This document shows, piece after piece, positions 11,367 to 24,205 of a stretch of 64,000 bases of DNA. The stretch is from Heterodontus francisci (taxonomy: Eukaryota), in assembly GCF_036365525.1 (NCBI RefSeq), contig NC_090418.1:8846266-8910265 (forward strand), given 5' to 3'. Numbering within the stretch: the stretch's first letter is position 1; each line of letters starts with the position of its first letter. Position numbers and translations under genes: made by a program. The notes beneath the pieces are model-generated. The model was not told the DNA's origin. It was given only the letters and a program-made list of their open reading frames with translations, and searched no databases.

Positions 11367-12485
11367 AGAACATAAGAAATAGGAGCAGGAGTAGGCCATT
11401 CAGCCCTTCGAGCCCACTCTGCTATTCAATGAGAGCATGGCTGATCTTCTACTTCAATGCAACTTTCCCGCACTATCCCCGTAACCCTTGATGTTTTTAA
11501 TATGTAGAAATCTATCGATCTCAGTCTTGAACACACTCAACGACTGAGTCTCCACAGCTCTCTGGGGTAGAGAATTCCACGGATTTACCACCCTCTGAGT
11601 GAAGAAATTCCTCCTCCTCTCAGTCCTGAATGACCCTGCCCCTGATTCTGAGACTGTGGCCCCTGGTTCTAGAATTCCCCAGCCAGGGGAGACATCCTTC
11701 CCGCATCTACTCTGTCGAGCCCTGTAAGAATTCTGCATTAAAAACAGAAAGTGCTGCAGGTCGGGCAGCATCTGAGGAGAGAGAAGCAGAGTTAATGTTT
11801 CAGGTCTGTATGTTTGAATGAGGTCACCTCTTATTTTTCTAAACTCCAGAGAATAAAGGCTTAGTCGATTTAATATATCTTCATCGGACAATCCCCCCAT
11901 CCCAGGAGTTAGTTTGGTGAACTCCTTCTATAGCAAGTATATCATTCCTTATGTAAGGAGACCAAAACTGCACATAATACTTCAGGTTTGGTCTCACCAA
12001 AGCTCTATCTAATTGCAGTAAGACATCTTTACTCCCATACTCAAATCCTCTTGTAATAAAAGCCAACATACCATTTGCCTTCTTAATTGCTTGCTGCTAA
12101 CTTTCAGTGACTCATTAATAAGGACACCCAAGTTCCTTTGAATTTCAACACATCCCAGCCTCTTACCGTTTAAGAAATACTCTGTATTTCTGTTTTTCCT
12201 ACCAAAGTGGATAACCTCACATTTCTCCGCATTGTATTCCATCTGGCAATTTTTTGTTCGCTCGCTCAGCCTCTCCAAATCCCCTTGAAGTGTCTTTCCG
12301 TCCTCTTCCCGACTCACGCTGCCACCTAGTTTTATGTCATCTGCAAACTTGGTAACGTTACATTTAATGCCCACATCCAAATCATCGATTTAGATTGTGA
12401 ATAGCTGGGGCCCAAACACCGATCCTTGCGGTACCCCACTAGTCACAGCCTGCCAACTTGAAAATGACCCATTTATTCCTACAAG
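11367..12485 (-). mobile_element. CR1/HER1-type LINE, decayed ORF2 C-terminus and 3'UTR
   Basis: Frameshifted ORF pieces SGVPQGSVFGPQLFTI, KFADDIKLGG, KCEVIHFG, FFTQRVVNPWNSLP. Confidence 0.92.
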
Positions 12486-12799
12486 CTTTTTTTTTGCATA
12501 CTTATGCCTTACAGTCACTACTGCAGGCACTAACAGTGGAGGAACACTGGGGGAGCGTGGGATAAAGAACACAGATTAAATCAATTCAACTCCCACACCT
12601 GAAATATTGTGGAAGAACTTAGAATTACTGAAAGGCGTTGTTTGACAGAGACAAACAATTCAAAGGTAATTGTAAGAAACAGAAAATCCCGTCTGATGAA
12701 GAATCTCAGGAGATGGAGGATCAGGCATTTGGAGAGGGGGATGGGGTTAAAGATTGAGGATGGGATATTGGAGGTGGAGTATGGGGGATGGGACTTTTA

Positions 12800-13730
12800 T
12801 TTATTCTTTCATGGGATTTGAGCATCACTGGCCAGGCCAGCATTTATTGCCCATCCCTAATTGCCCTGGAGAAGGTGGTGGCGAGCTGCCTTCTTGAACC
12901 GCTGCAGTCCGTGTGGGGTAGGTACACCCACAGTGCTGTTAGGGAGGGAGTTCCAGGATTTTGACCCAGCGACAGTGATGGAACGCCGACACATTTCCAA
13001 GTCAGGATGGTGTGTGACTTGGAGGGGAACTTGCAGGTGGTGGTGTTCCCATGCGTCTGCTGCCCTTGTCCTTCTAGGTGGTAGAGGTCACGGGTTTGGA
13101 AGGAGCCTTGGTGAGTTGCTGCAGTGCATCTTGTAGATGGTGCACACTGCTGCCACTGTGCTTCGGTGGTGGAGGGAGTGAATGTTTAACATGGTGGGGA
13201 TCAAGTGGGCTGCTTTGTCCCGGATGGTGTCAAGCTGCACTTATTCCAGTATTCCATGACACTCCTGACTTGTGGATATTGGACAGGCTTTGGGGAGTCA
13301 GGAGGTGAGTTACTCGTCACAGAGTTCCCAACCTCTGCAGCCACAGTATTTATGTGGCTGGTCCAGTTAATTTTCTGGTCAATGGTAACCCCCCAGGATG
13401 TTGACGGTGGGGGAATTCAGCGATGGTAATGCCATTGAATGTCACGGAGAGATCGTCATTGCCTGGCACTTGTGTAGTGCAAATATTACTTGCACTCATC
13501 AACCCAAGCCTGAACATTGTGCGGGTCTTGCTACATGCGGACAGGGACTGCTTCAGTATCTGAGGAGTCGCGGACGGCACTGAACATTGTGCAATCATCA
13601 GCGAGCAACCCCACTTCTGACCTTATGATTGAAGGAAGGTCATTGATGAAGCAGCTGAAGATGGTTGGGCCTAGGACACTACCCTGAGGAACCACTGCAG
13701 CAACATCCTGGGGCTGAGATGCTTGGCCTC
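12800..13730 (-). mobile_element. LINE family B fragment with RT remnants
   Basis: VPQGSVLGPTIFSCFINDLP..LLADDCT on the minus strand, followed by the family B 3' tail. Confidence 0.85.
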
Positions 13731-14491
13731 CCCGACTTTTCTTTGAAAAAGTGGCAGCGGGACCTTTCACGTCCACCCGACATCTTATTTAACTTCGCAT
13801 CCGAAAGATGGCAGCTCCGACAGTGCAGCACTGGGAGTAATTTTTGTGTTTAAGTCCTGGAGTAAGGTTTGAACCTGCAACCCTCTGACTCAAAAAGCAA
13901 GCGTGCTACACACTAAGCCACTGCTGTTACCATGCTTAAAAGGGCATAATCATTAGCCTTTTATATCCAGAATAAAATACAGGGCTCTTACTTTTCTTGA
14001 CTTGATTCTTTTTTAGATTTTTCTCATGTTAATGAAATGCAACTGGAAATGGATGGGAGTCGCTAATGAGATGTTAAAGAGCGCATGCGGCTCCAGAGTT
14101 TCAGGTTGCTGACCCCTCCCCTGGTGGGGGGGGATGCGTCTCATTCCACTTACAAAGCAACTTGCATCTATATTTACAATTCATGTAAACATTTTCTGAT
14201 GCATACACACAGCCTGAGGGGTTCAACACTGTCTGTTCCAGTCCAGAGACTTGCATAAGTTCTAGGCTGCCTCTGCCAGTGCAGTTACTGAGGGAGTGCT
14301 GCACTGTTGGAGCTGCCCTCTCAGGTGGACATAAAAGATCCCACGGCATTTTTCATATTGGGCGGTCCTTCCCGGCATTCTGGCAATATTTAACCCTCCA
14401 TCAACATCACTAAAATAGATTATCCGCTCGTTGTTTGTTATGAGAGTTCATTGTGCGCAGCTTGGCTGGCATATTTCCTACATTCTTAATA

Positions 14492-14872
14492 TTGTAAATT
14501 CATATGTTCACCTTTATAATGAAGACTGCCTATGTAAACATGTCACACTGTAATTACACCTTCCTACCAAGGGTGGCGCTGTAACATCTGCATTTGCATC
14601 TTCCAGCCAGCCCCGCAGAGAAATATCTGATGAAAGAATCTCCTGACTGGGGTTTCCTGATCCAATTATCTCTCGCCCTCTAACTCACTGCATCTGAAGT
14701 CTGCACTCGGTCTTGACTCCCCCCTCTCTCGTTGGGAGATTGACCGGTGGAGTTCAAGAAACTGTGGCACAGATCACAAAACGTGCCGGATCGGAGCCGC
14801 TTGAGAGCTGAACCAAGAGTCCTGGACGCCTTTAATAAACAGCTTGTGAGACACAGCAAGCTAGGCTACAAC
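14492..14872 (+). mobile_element. Possible small solo LTR
   Basis: TGTAA...CTACAACA ends, internal AATAAA near 14834 and an 'accaagggtggcgct' motif; no TSD found. Confidence 0.35.
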
Positions 14873-16029
14873 AACAACCTGCATTCACATAGCCCCTTTA
14901 ACGTAGTAAAACATCCCCAAGGCGCTTCACAGGAGTGTTACCAAACAAACTGTGACACTGAGCCACATAAGGAGATATTAAGTTAGGTCATAGTCATAGT
15001 GTCACACAAATGTTTGGTCAAAGAGGTATGTTAGAAGGAGAAGAGGGAGGTTTAGGGAGGGAATTCCAGAACTTAGGGGCAGCTGAAGGAACGGCCACCA
15101 CTGGTGGAGCGATGAAAATCAGGGACACTCGAGGCCAGTATAGGAGGAATAAAGAGACCTCAGAGGGTTGTAGGTCTGGGGAAGGTGACAGAGGTAGGGA
15201 GGTGGGGGAGGGGGGGGGGGTGAGGCCATGGAGGGAATTGAGGGATGACAGTTTCAAAATCGAGGCATTTCTGGACCGGGAGCCAGTGTAGGTCAGCGAG
15301 CAGAGCAGGGGTGCTGGGGGAACGGGACTGGGTGCGAGATTGAATGCAGAGGTTCGGATGAGCTCAAGTTGTCAGAGGGTGAAAAGTGGGAGGCCATCCA
15401 GGAAAATATTGGAATTGTCTAGAGGTAACAAAGGCCGGGATGAGGGTTTCAGCAGCAGATGAGTAGAGGCAGGGACAGAGGTGACAGTGTTACAGCTCAG
15501 GTTAAACACAGCTCCACCTTAGCATTAGACAGCTTTCCTCAAGGCATTCCTTTCATGTTTGTTAGGAAATATCTAGTAAGATATAAATACTCCCTCATAA
15601 TATAATAATGCATTGTTGACTACGGGGCATAACATCTATCATTACAAAGCTCTACATCCTCCAACTTACTGAGAGCAACTCTAAAGGTAATCAGCTTGTA
15701 ATTATTAATTTATTTCGACATCACGCATAGTATCATAATACAACTATCTGAATTAAGCAACATCTTGCCTATAAGGTCTCGCATTCCTTATAAGAGCATA
15801 AGTGACAGGAGCAGGCCATTCGGCCCTTCGAGACTGAGATCTTCTACCTGAGCACCACCTTCCCCGCAGCATCCCAATATATCTTGAGTCCCCTAGTGTG
15901 GGGGAGCCTAGCGATCATCATCTATTTGAATGGCGGGACACGCTCGAGGGGCTAAATGGCTTAATCCTGCTCCTATGCATCCTTCTCTTCCGTGCACTGT
16001 CCGTGCCCCGGGTGGCACTGGAGCTGGTG

Positions 16030-16330
16030 CATAATCCAGGCTGACACTCCCAGTGCAGCGCTGAGGGAGTGCTGCACCGTCGGAGGTGCCGTCTTTCAGA
16101 TGAGACGTTAAACTGAGGCCTGCGCCTGCTCTCCCACGACGCTATTTTGAAGACGGGTTCTCCCCAGTGTCCTGGGCCAATATTTATCCCTCAATCAACA
16201 TCAGGACGATATTATCCGGTCGTTATCTCATTGCTGTTTGTGGGATCTTGCTGTCCACCTAAAGTATTTTGTTGGCTGGAAAGGTGTGTGGGATGCCCCG
16301 AGGCCATGAAAGGCACTATAGAAATGCAGG
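16030..16330 (+). mobile_element. SacSINE1-like SINE, partial
   Basis: Same Deu-SINE body and tail as the copy at 2578. Confidence 0.75.
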
Positions 16331-16716
16331 CAATTCCCTTCCCGGCGACACTAGCTTTGCCAAGACCACCGTGACTGGTTCAATCAAAATGGGCATAGTT
16401 TGTCAGCTGAGGCAACGGGAGACCGAGGGATAGTTTGCGTGCAACGTTGAGGGAGTAAGACTGAGATGCAGTCACAGCTCTCTGGGGTGGAGAATTCCAA
16501 AGCTTCAGCACCCTTTGAGTGAAGAAATTGCTCCTCATCTCAGTCCTAAATGGCCGACCCCTTATTCTGTGACCCCCCCCCCCCTCGTTCTAGATTCCTC
16601 AACCATGGGGAAACAGCCTCTCGGCATCAACCCTATCAATCCTCTCAGGAAGTTTACATATTTCGATGAGATCACCTCTCAATCTTCCAAATTCCGGGGA
16701 ATATCGGCACTAGACT

Positions 16717-16863
16717 TCTTTCTTTTGGGCCTCCTTATCTCGAGAGACAATGGATACGCGCCTGGAGGTGGTCAGTGGTTTGTGAAGCAGCGCCTGGAGT
16801 GGCTATAAAGGCCAATTCTGGAGTGACAGGCTCTTCCACAGGTGCTGCAGAGAAATTTGTTTG
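16717..16863 (-). mobile_element. Severely 5'-truncated RTE LINE 3' end nested in a CR1 fragment
   Basis: Matches the reverse complement of about 5890-6030; flanked by the 13-bp direct repeat TCGGCACTAGACT at 16704-16716 and 16864-16876. Confidence 0.9.
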
Positions 16864-17119
16864 TCGGCACTAGACTACTCAAGGGAAAAGCCAGTCATTA
16901 TCAAGTTGCTGGTTGCGGGAGCTTGCTGTGCGCAAATTGGGCGCCGCGTTTCTTTGTAAAGTGCGGCTTTGGCGGCGAGGCGCTTTGGGACGCCCTGGGG
17001 CGGTGGAAGGTGCTATATAAATGCAAGTCTTTTGCCACTGAAGGGAGCTGAGGCTGAACTGGACTTGGCACTTTTGTTTTTGCCAAGGGGTTGGGACACC
17101 TGATGGTGCATGAGTTCCC

Positions 17120-17298
17120 CCTGTGGCCACAACGCGCAGGGATACTCGCCGGCGGGGGGGGGGTGGAAGAGGAGGCGACGTGTGCGTTATGCGGCCGTGC
17201 GTGATGACGCATGGGCAGCGTGCCGGCGGCTCACGGCAGGCGGGCGGGCGGAGCGATCTGGCTCTGCGGTTAATGTTTATTCCAGCTCGAGGCTGTCG
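17120..17298 (+). promoter_or_regulatory. CpG-rich probable promoter and non-coding first exon of the vigilin gene
   Basis: Densest CpG patch in the window; GGGCGG boxes, TGATGACGCA (CRE/ATF-like) at 17202-17211, ends at a consensus donor CG|GTGAGT (GT at 17299); TSS not determinable. Confidence 0.6.
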
Positions 17299-17997
17299 GT
17301 GAGTTGAATGGAGGGGGCGCTAGTTAACTCATTAACTAGTGACAACTAGCATAACCAGCCTGGGTTAAACTGGCGTGTGACTGCATTGGCTGTTGGGGCT
17401 AGGGGTTTGGTTGGTGTCAACAATCAATCAGGGTCTGGTTAATAATAACCAGCGGGTTAAGTGCTGGTTAAGTGCTAGTTAAATAATAACCTGGTTGGTT
17501 CAAGTTTGATGGTGGGCTGGGTGTGCGGAGGGTTGGGATGGGAATAATGATTTTTTTTGAATTAGCGGACCTCGAGTGATTTTCTTCCCCGGAGCCTGAG
17601 CGCTGGGCCCCGGTGAGGGGAAGGACATAGACCTGGAGGGGCTGGGACTTCCCTCTCTGCTCTGCAGCACCAGAGAGGGACAGATCCCTCCCTTCAGCTA
17701 CAGCAGCAACAAAACAAATCCAAATTACATTTTTTTTTTGGTTGCAAAAGAGCTGCATTAATTTTAATAATCTGCAAATTAAACCTGGATTTCTATTTTA
17801 CTGTGTGTTGGATTTGTTTCCCATTTTGCATTCGCTTGGCTCTTTTATCCATTGAATCTGGTGCAGTGTGCAATGAATATTGGGGTCCTCCTCTGAGAGA
17901 CAGTTGACCCATAGATGGAATGTACCCTGGTTAATAAATAGCATTTTGGTACTCGACTGTGCCCCGCTGTTGGCTGCAGACAAGGTACTTGCAGGAC

Positions 17998-18095
17998 CAA
18001 AAACAAGAAATGCTGGATTCACTCAGCAGGTCTGGCAGCATCTGTGGAAAGAGAAGCAGAGTTAACGTTTCGGGTCAGTGACCCTTCTTCGGAAC
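17998..18095 (-). mobile_element. Penelope-like element terminal remnant
   Basis: 'tgctgga..actcagcaggtctggcagcatctgtgga.agagaagcagagttaacgtttc' motif, also near 11740, 20850 and 43170; hammerhead-like core on the minus strand; family assignment from recall. Confidence 0.55.
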
Positions 18096-18159
18096 TTGCA
18101 GGCATCGTTGGGCGTAAAGCTCACCTTTCATGTGTCTCTCACTCCTGCTCGCCGAGAGG

Positions 18160-18585
18160 TTTGCATTTCTCGAGTGCCTTCCACTACCCGAGGGCATCCC
18201 AAAGTGCTGCACAGCCACTGTGGTCGCCATTGTAATGTAGGAAGCATAGCAGCCAATTTATGCACAGCAAGCTCCCACAAACAGCAATGTGATGATGATC
18301 TGCTTTTGCAATGTTGATTGAGGAGGAACTATTGGCCCCAGGTGGCAGGGGAGAACTCCCTTGCTCTTCCAATAGTGGCCATGATATGCGTTACATCCGC
18401 CTGAGAGGGCGGACGGGCCTCAGTTTAACGTCTCATCCGAAAGATGGCACCTCCGGTGCAGCTCTCCCTCAGTCCTGCGCTGCGAGTGCTAGCCTGGATT
18501 TTGTGCTCACGTCACTGGAGTGGGGATTGAATCCACAACCTTCTGACTTTGAGGTAAGAGTGCTACCCACTGAACCATGGCTGCT
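18160..18585 (-). mobile_element. SacSINE1-like SINE, near full length
   Basis: Reverse complement of the Deu-SINE head, core and tail. Confidence 0.8.
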
Positions 18586-20839
18586 ATGTACATTTTCCTG
18601 ATTTTTGTGATCCGCAGCCGAGGTTATCCTCCTGTGTGGATCCCAGAAGCAGAGGTTCTTGATTGTGGAGCTCTTAGTGCTGCTAATGGCGGTTGCTTTG
18701 TCCTAAGTGGCTATGCTTCATTTGTGAGTTGAAGTGAGTATTGACGGGCTGTTTGACAATGGAAGGTATCGCAGCTGATTCTTTCTAGTGTCCACATGTG
18801 TGCGTTTTCCAGTTATGGCCATAGGATTGTGTTTGGGAGCTGGAATCTGGCTCAGCCACCCTTCGTCAGGGATTCAGCAACCAACTGCAGAGCTCATGCT
18901 AAGGGCTTGAACACAGGACCTTCCTGGTCTGAAGGCTTAGTGCTGTGATAGATGGTGGTTTTACCTAGTCAAGGGAGCTTTAAAGGGAAACCTTTTGATG
19001 TGAACCCTTTTGTTAGGCAAGTATATTAAAGTTGATGGGACCAAGGCAGATCGATGGAGTTAAGAAACAGATCAGCCATGATCTCATTGAATGGTAGAAC
19101 AGGCTTGAGGGGTAGAATGGCCTCCTCCTGTTCCTTTGTAAATGCCATGAAAGAGTTGAAAGCCTTTTGACTGCATTGCAGGGAGTTAGGAGCCGGACGA
19201 GGGGATCCCTCAGTCATTTCTGTATCAGTGCTACGTTTCGAGGCTTCCTTACAGTGAGGGAGGTAATGATAGAGTGATGTTGGCAGAGGTTTGGTGTCTG
19301 GTTTACTTTTAAGGACAAAAGACAAGGGAAAAATAATTAAACTGGTAACCATAAAACAGACTGAAGAAGTTCATATACAGCACAAAAGGAGGCCATTCAA
19401 CCCATTGCACCTATACTGTTTCTTTGAAAGAGCTATCCAATTAGTCATTGTCCCCACAGCACTGTGAATTTCTCCTTTTCAAGTATTTATTCGATTCACT
19501 TTTGATAGTTTCTTCACTTTCCTTTTGGAAAGTGCATCCCAGATCACTAAGTACAAGGAGAGACCGTTGTGTTAAGACTCGTATAAATATACAGTCCCAA
19601 ATCACTTTAAATACAATTAATTACTTCACAGTACAGCCACTGTTGTTCCAGGCCGATACACGTAGCAAGATGCCACAAACAGCAATCAGATGGATACAGA
19701 ATATCATCCAGGCTCCGAGCAAACTCTCCTTTATATAGTGTCTCGGGAACTTTAATGTCCATCCAAATGAGATGGTCGACGCCTGGGTATGATGTCTACT
19801 CCAAATGACCGTGCTTCTTCAGTGTCAGCCGAAACTATGTGCTCAAGTAATCTAAAGGAAGTAACTGAAATGCCTGCGAATAAAATGGCCACTCTCTCAG
19901 GCTGAACATGTTAGCAACCTCGGTTTGACTCTGAGCTGAGCTTTAAACGCTGTATCCTCTCCATCACCAAGACTGCTAACTGCCACCTCCGTTATATTGC
20001 CTGTCTCTGCCCCTGCCTCAGCCTGTTGGCTGCTGCAACCTCATCTGTGCCCCAATTACTTCCAGACTTGACAATTCCAGTGCACTCTTTGCTGCCTTCT
20101 CACTTTCCAGCCTCCAGAGACCTCAGCTCATCCGTAACTCTGCTGCCCGTCTCCTAAGGTGACTGAGTCCCGTTCACCCCACACCCCTGTCCTCGGACCT
20201 GCAACACCTCAAACTTAAAGCTCTCGTCTTTTTGTTCAAACCCCTCCAAAGCCTCACCCAACCTATCTCTGCAACCTCCTGCAGCCGTACAACCCTCTGA
20301 GATTTCTTGTGCCGTCCAGTTCTGGCCTCTTGAGTAACCCTGAGATCAGTGTACTCACCACCGCCGTTTTGTACCTTCAGCTGCCTGGTTCCTAAGCTCT
20401 CAAATTCTCTCCCTAAACCTTTCCAACTTTGCCCTCTCCTTAAAACCTAACTCTTTGGTCAGCTGTCGTAATATCTCCTTATGGGGCTCGGTGTCAAATT
20501 TTATTTGATAATTGCTCCTGTGAAGTGTCTCGGGGATGTTTTACTATGTTTAAAGGCTCAAGTTGTGGTTGATAATAAACAACTTACTTGTCATTATGAT
20601 GTGATGTAAAATTTCCTTGCTGAAGTTTGATGGTGCAAAATACAGATGATTGGCAAATGCTACCTTAAAGGCATATTTTTCGTCCCTCCTTATGCTCAAA
20701 CCCTTTTCCTAAAGCCTTGTTATTGCTCATCGTTCTGGACATTTCCCAGTCAAATGTCCTTTAATGGAATTCTCAGGTCATTCGGCAGGGGCTACCTATT
20801 GACAATGAAGCTACTTAGCCAAGCTCGAGTGTTGTGTTT

Positions 20840-21060
20840 CAAAAGCAAAATACTGCAGATGCTGGAAATCTGAAATGAAAACAGAAGATGCTGGAAATAC
20901 TAATGCAGGGCTGGTAGCATCTGTGGAGAGAGAGAGAGAGCGAGAGAAACAGAGTTAACGTTTCAGATCAGATGAAAGGTCATCGACCTTGAACGTTGAC
21001 TGTTTCCCTCTCCATGGAAGCTGTCAGAGCTGTAGAGCATTTGCAGAGTTGTGTTTTCCC
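20840..21060. mobile_element. Penelope-like remnant arranged as an imperfect inverted repeat
   Basis: Left arm 'gcatctgtggagag..aaacagagttaacgtttc'; right arm 'gaacgttgactgtttccctctccatggaagctg'. Confidence 0.55.
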
Positions 21061-22479
21061 CAGTTGTTTGCTTTACGCTGTTTGGGTGCTCCTGTAACTC
21101 ATTCCATCTTACAGGCCAGGAAGTTTTTTTTCTCATGGGATGTGGTGTGGGCGTCACTGGCAAGGCCAGCGTTTGTTGCCCCTGAGGGGGCTGCAGAGTG
21201 TCTTGTAGATTGTACTCAGTAGAGCCACTGTGCGTCGGCAGTAGAGGGAGTGTATGTTGAAGGTGGTGGATGGGATGCCGATCGAGTGGGCTGCTTTATC
21301 CTAGATGGTGTTGAGCTTCTCGAGTGTTGATGTTGCTGCACTTGTCCAGCCGAGTTGAGAGTATTCCATCGCACTCACCTTTGCCTTGCTGGTGGTGGAC
21401 AGGCTTTAAGGTGTCCGGAGGTGAGTCATTCTTGCCAGTATTTACAGGCCCATATCTTGCCTCTCTGCGCTGCAGTATTCTGGAACACCAGTGTCCTCCA
21501 GCACTGCACCAGCTGAGCTACAGAATGCCACTTCTAATCGGAGAGAGTCTGATGTACATGCTAGAGTTAGCACACACTGAGGAGAATGGTTTGTGAAAAC
21601 ACTGAGCCGAAAAGCATCAGGCCTAGAACCTATGCAGTTATCGAGAGCTTCAATTCAAAGAATGTTTTGCCATTATTAATCCTCTTCCTTTTCACCCTGT
21701 AATTTCCCTGCACTGATTTCAACCTCTCCTGTGCAGTAGCTGCTGGTAGGTGTTCGAGATAGGGTGGGGAGGGGGGGTGCATGGAGGGTTGCGATTTTCC
21801 TGTTTTCCCTCTTTTCCTGTGGTAAAGTGTCCTGGATTCCACATGGCACCTCTCTGGGATGGCATGGGTCAGATGGTAATCCCGCAGTCCAGCCCGGCGT
21901 TAGTTCAGCTGCTGCATCGTCCTCCTCCAACCCAGTTTGCTTCCGTTAAATCCCCAAAACCTTTCACCTCACCCTATCAGCATATCCTTCCTTCCTCCCT
22001 CATGCACTTATCTAGCTTCTCCCTAGATGCATCTGTGCTGATCACCTCAATGACTGCTTGTGTTACCAAGTCCCATATTTTGTAAGGTAACCACCTCAGC
22101 TGAAATCTCTCCTGGTTTCTAAAGCTTCTCAGAGCTGTGCAGAAGTATAGTGCCTTTCAGGATGCGGGGGTTACTGTCATGTCTGTATTTACTGCCCATC
22201 CCTAGGTTTATAACTGACTGGTTTGCTAGGCCTCTTCATGGGCATTAATAGTGTGGACTACAGTATATGTATGCCACGGGAAATGGGTGAACCATGTCCA
22301 TTCCCTGAACTGTAGTGAACCAGTTGGGTTTACATCTCTCTGCCAGCATTCAAATATTTTGTCCGATGCCAGTTCACAAGTTATAACAAATCCAACTTGA
22401 CACAATGGGCTTTGAACTCCCAACACCTGGGTTGCTCATCCAGTACCATATATACGAACTTACTCTGTAGTACCTGGAA

Positions 22480-22930
22480 TGACAGTGTGCTTCAGTGGGT
22501 AGTGCTCTTCCCTCTGAATCAGAAGGTTGTGGGTTCAAGTCCCACCTCAGAGACTTGAGCGCAAAGTCCAGGCTGATGCTCCCCCTGCCAGTACTGAGGG
22601 GGTGCTGCACAGTCAGAGGTGCCGTCTTTTGATGAGATCTTAAACTTGAGGCCCCGTCTGCCCTCTCCGGTGGGTGTATAAGATCCCATGGCACCATTTC
22701 AGAGAAGAGCAGGGAGTTCGCCTCAATGTTCTGGCTAATATTTATCCCTCAACCAACTTCATGAAAAAAAACCAGATGATCACATTGCTGTTTTTGGGGG
22801 CTTGCTCGACACAAATTGGCGGCTGTGTTTCCTACATTCCAACAGTAACTACACTTCATAACGGTAAAGCGCTTTGGGATGTCTTAAGGTTATGAAAGGC
22901 ACTATATAAATGCAAGTTCTGTCATTCTTT
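22480..22930 (+). mobile_element. SacSINE1-like SINE, full length
   Basis: Head 'cagtgggtagtgctct..cctctgaatcagaaggttgtgggttcaagtcccac' with B box, Deu core, tail 'ggcactatataaatgcaag'. Confidence 0.85.
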
Positions 22931-23859
22931 CTAAGGGAACCCTAACCCTGAACTCCTCCCATTACTTTGCTTGTGAGCCTTAGGATCATGTTGTTTTACT
23001 TGCTTATGATGCAGCGTTAAATCTCTCGAGGAAACTGCAGAATCTTGTAGCTGTTGTACGTTTTGGTTGAAAATATTTAATGGGCTGTTCTTGTCACCGT
23101 GACATTCCCTTCAAGACTCCGTGCCATGCATATCTCATCCTCCACACTCGGGGCTGGAGGGGGTTATTGAGGGGAGGAGGCCTTGGAGGGATTGGAAGGC
23201 AGGACGAGAATTTTAAATTTGAGGTGTTGCCAGACCTGAAGCCAATATGAGTCAGCGAGCACAGGGAGGTGATAAGTGAACGTGATTTGGTATAAATTAG
23301 GATACCAGCAGCAGAGTTTTGGATGACCTCAAGTTTCAGGAAGAAGACTCAGAGCGTAGGAGAGAAGATCAGCTAAAACATGATGTGCCAAGTAGTGATG
23401 TTCATTTGGGAATTAAATCATGAATTTCTTATTTCCTGCGTCTGTGGTATTAAGGTACTCCTTGAAGTAATCTGAACTGATGGGGCTTTGTGAAGTTATG
23501 GTTCTTTGAAACTCTTTACTGTGAACAATTTGTGGATTTAATTTTTAGTCAAAGGTTTTTAATTGAGAACAGTCTCAAAAGTTTATACTTGCCTGCAGCT
23601 CAAACTACATCGTGATATTTGAGCTAGACTTGGTATCTCCGCAATTTTCAGCACAATTTTCCCGCGACATTAGTTTGAGATGTCATTTAAAGGGGCCCCT
23701 CCCATCCCATGGTTCAATGCATGCCAATTGTGCTCTGATACTCAAGTGAAGTGCTGAGGGATGTTCAACTGTGGAAGGCCTCACAATTGAGCGCAATACC
23801 CATCTGAGCTCCACACTCAGGGGCGATTTCCAGCAGAAATCACTGAAAGAAAATTATTT

Positions 23860-24205
23860 TGCACCTTGCACAACCTCAGAACGTCCCAAAGCCAATGAAG
23901 TACTTTTTGAAGTGTAATCACTGTTGTAATGTAGGAAACGCAGCAACCAACTTGTGCACAGCAAGCTCCCACAAACAGCAATGTGATAATTACTAGATAA
24001 TTTCAACGATGTTGGTTGAGGGATAAATATTGGCTAGGTCCCTTCTCGTTGAAATAGTGCCCATGGTGTCGTTTAGGTCCACCAGGAAGGGCAGAAAATG
24101 CTCCTTCTGAAAGATGACATCAACTGTGCAGCAATCCCCTCAGTATTTAAACCCACAACTTTCTGACTCGGAAGTGAGCATGCTACCCACTGAACCACAG
24201 CCAAG
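23860..24205 (-). mobile_element. SacSINE1-like SINE with internal deletion
   Basis: Deu core and tRNA-like head in reverse orientation. Confidence 0.75.
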
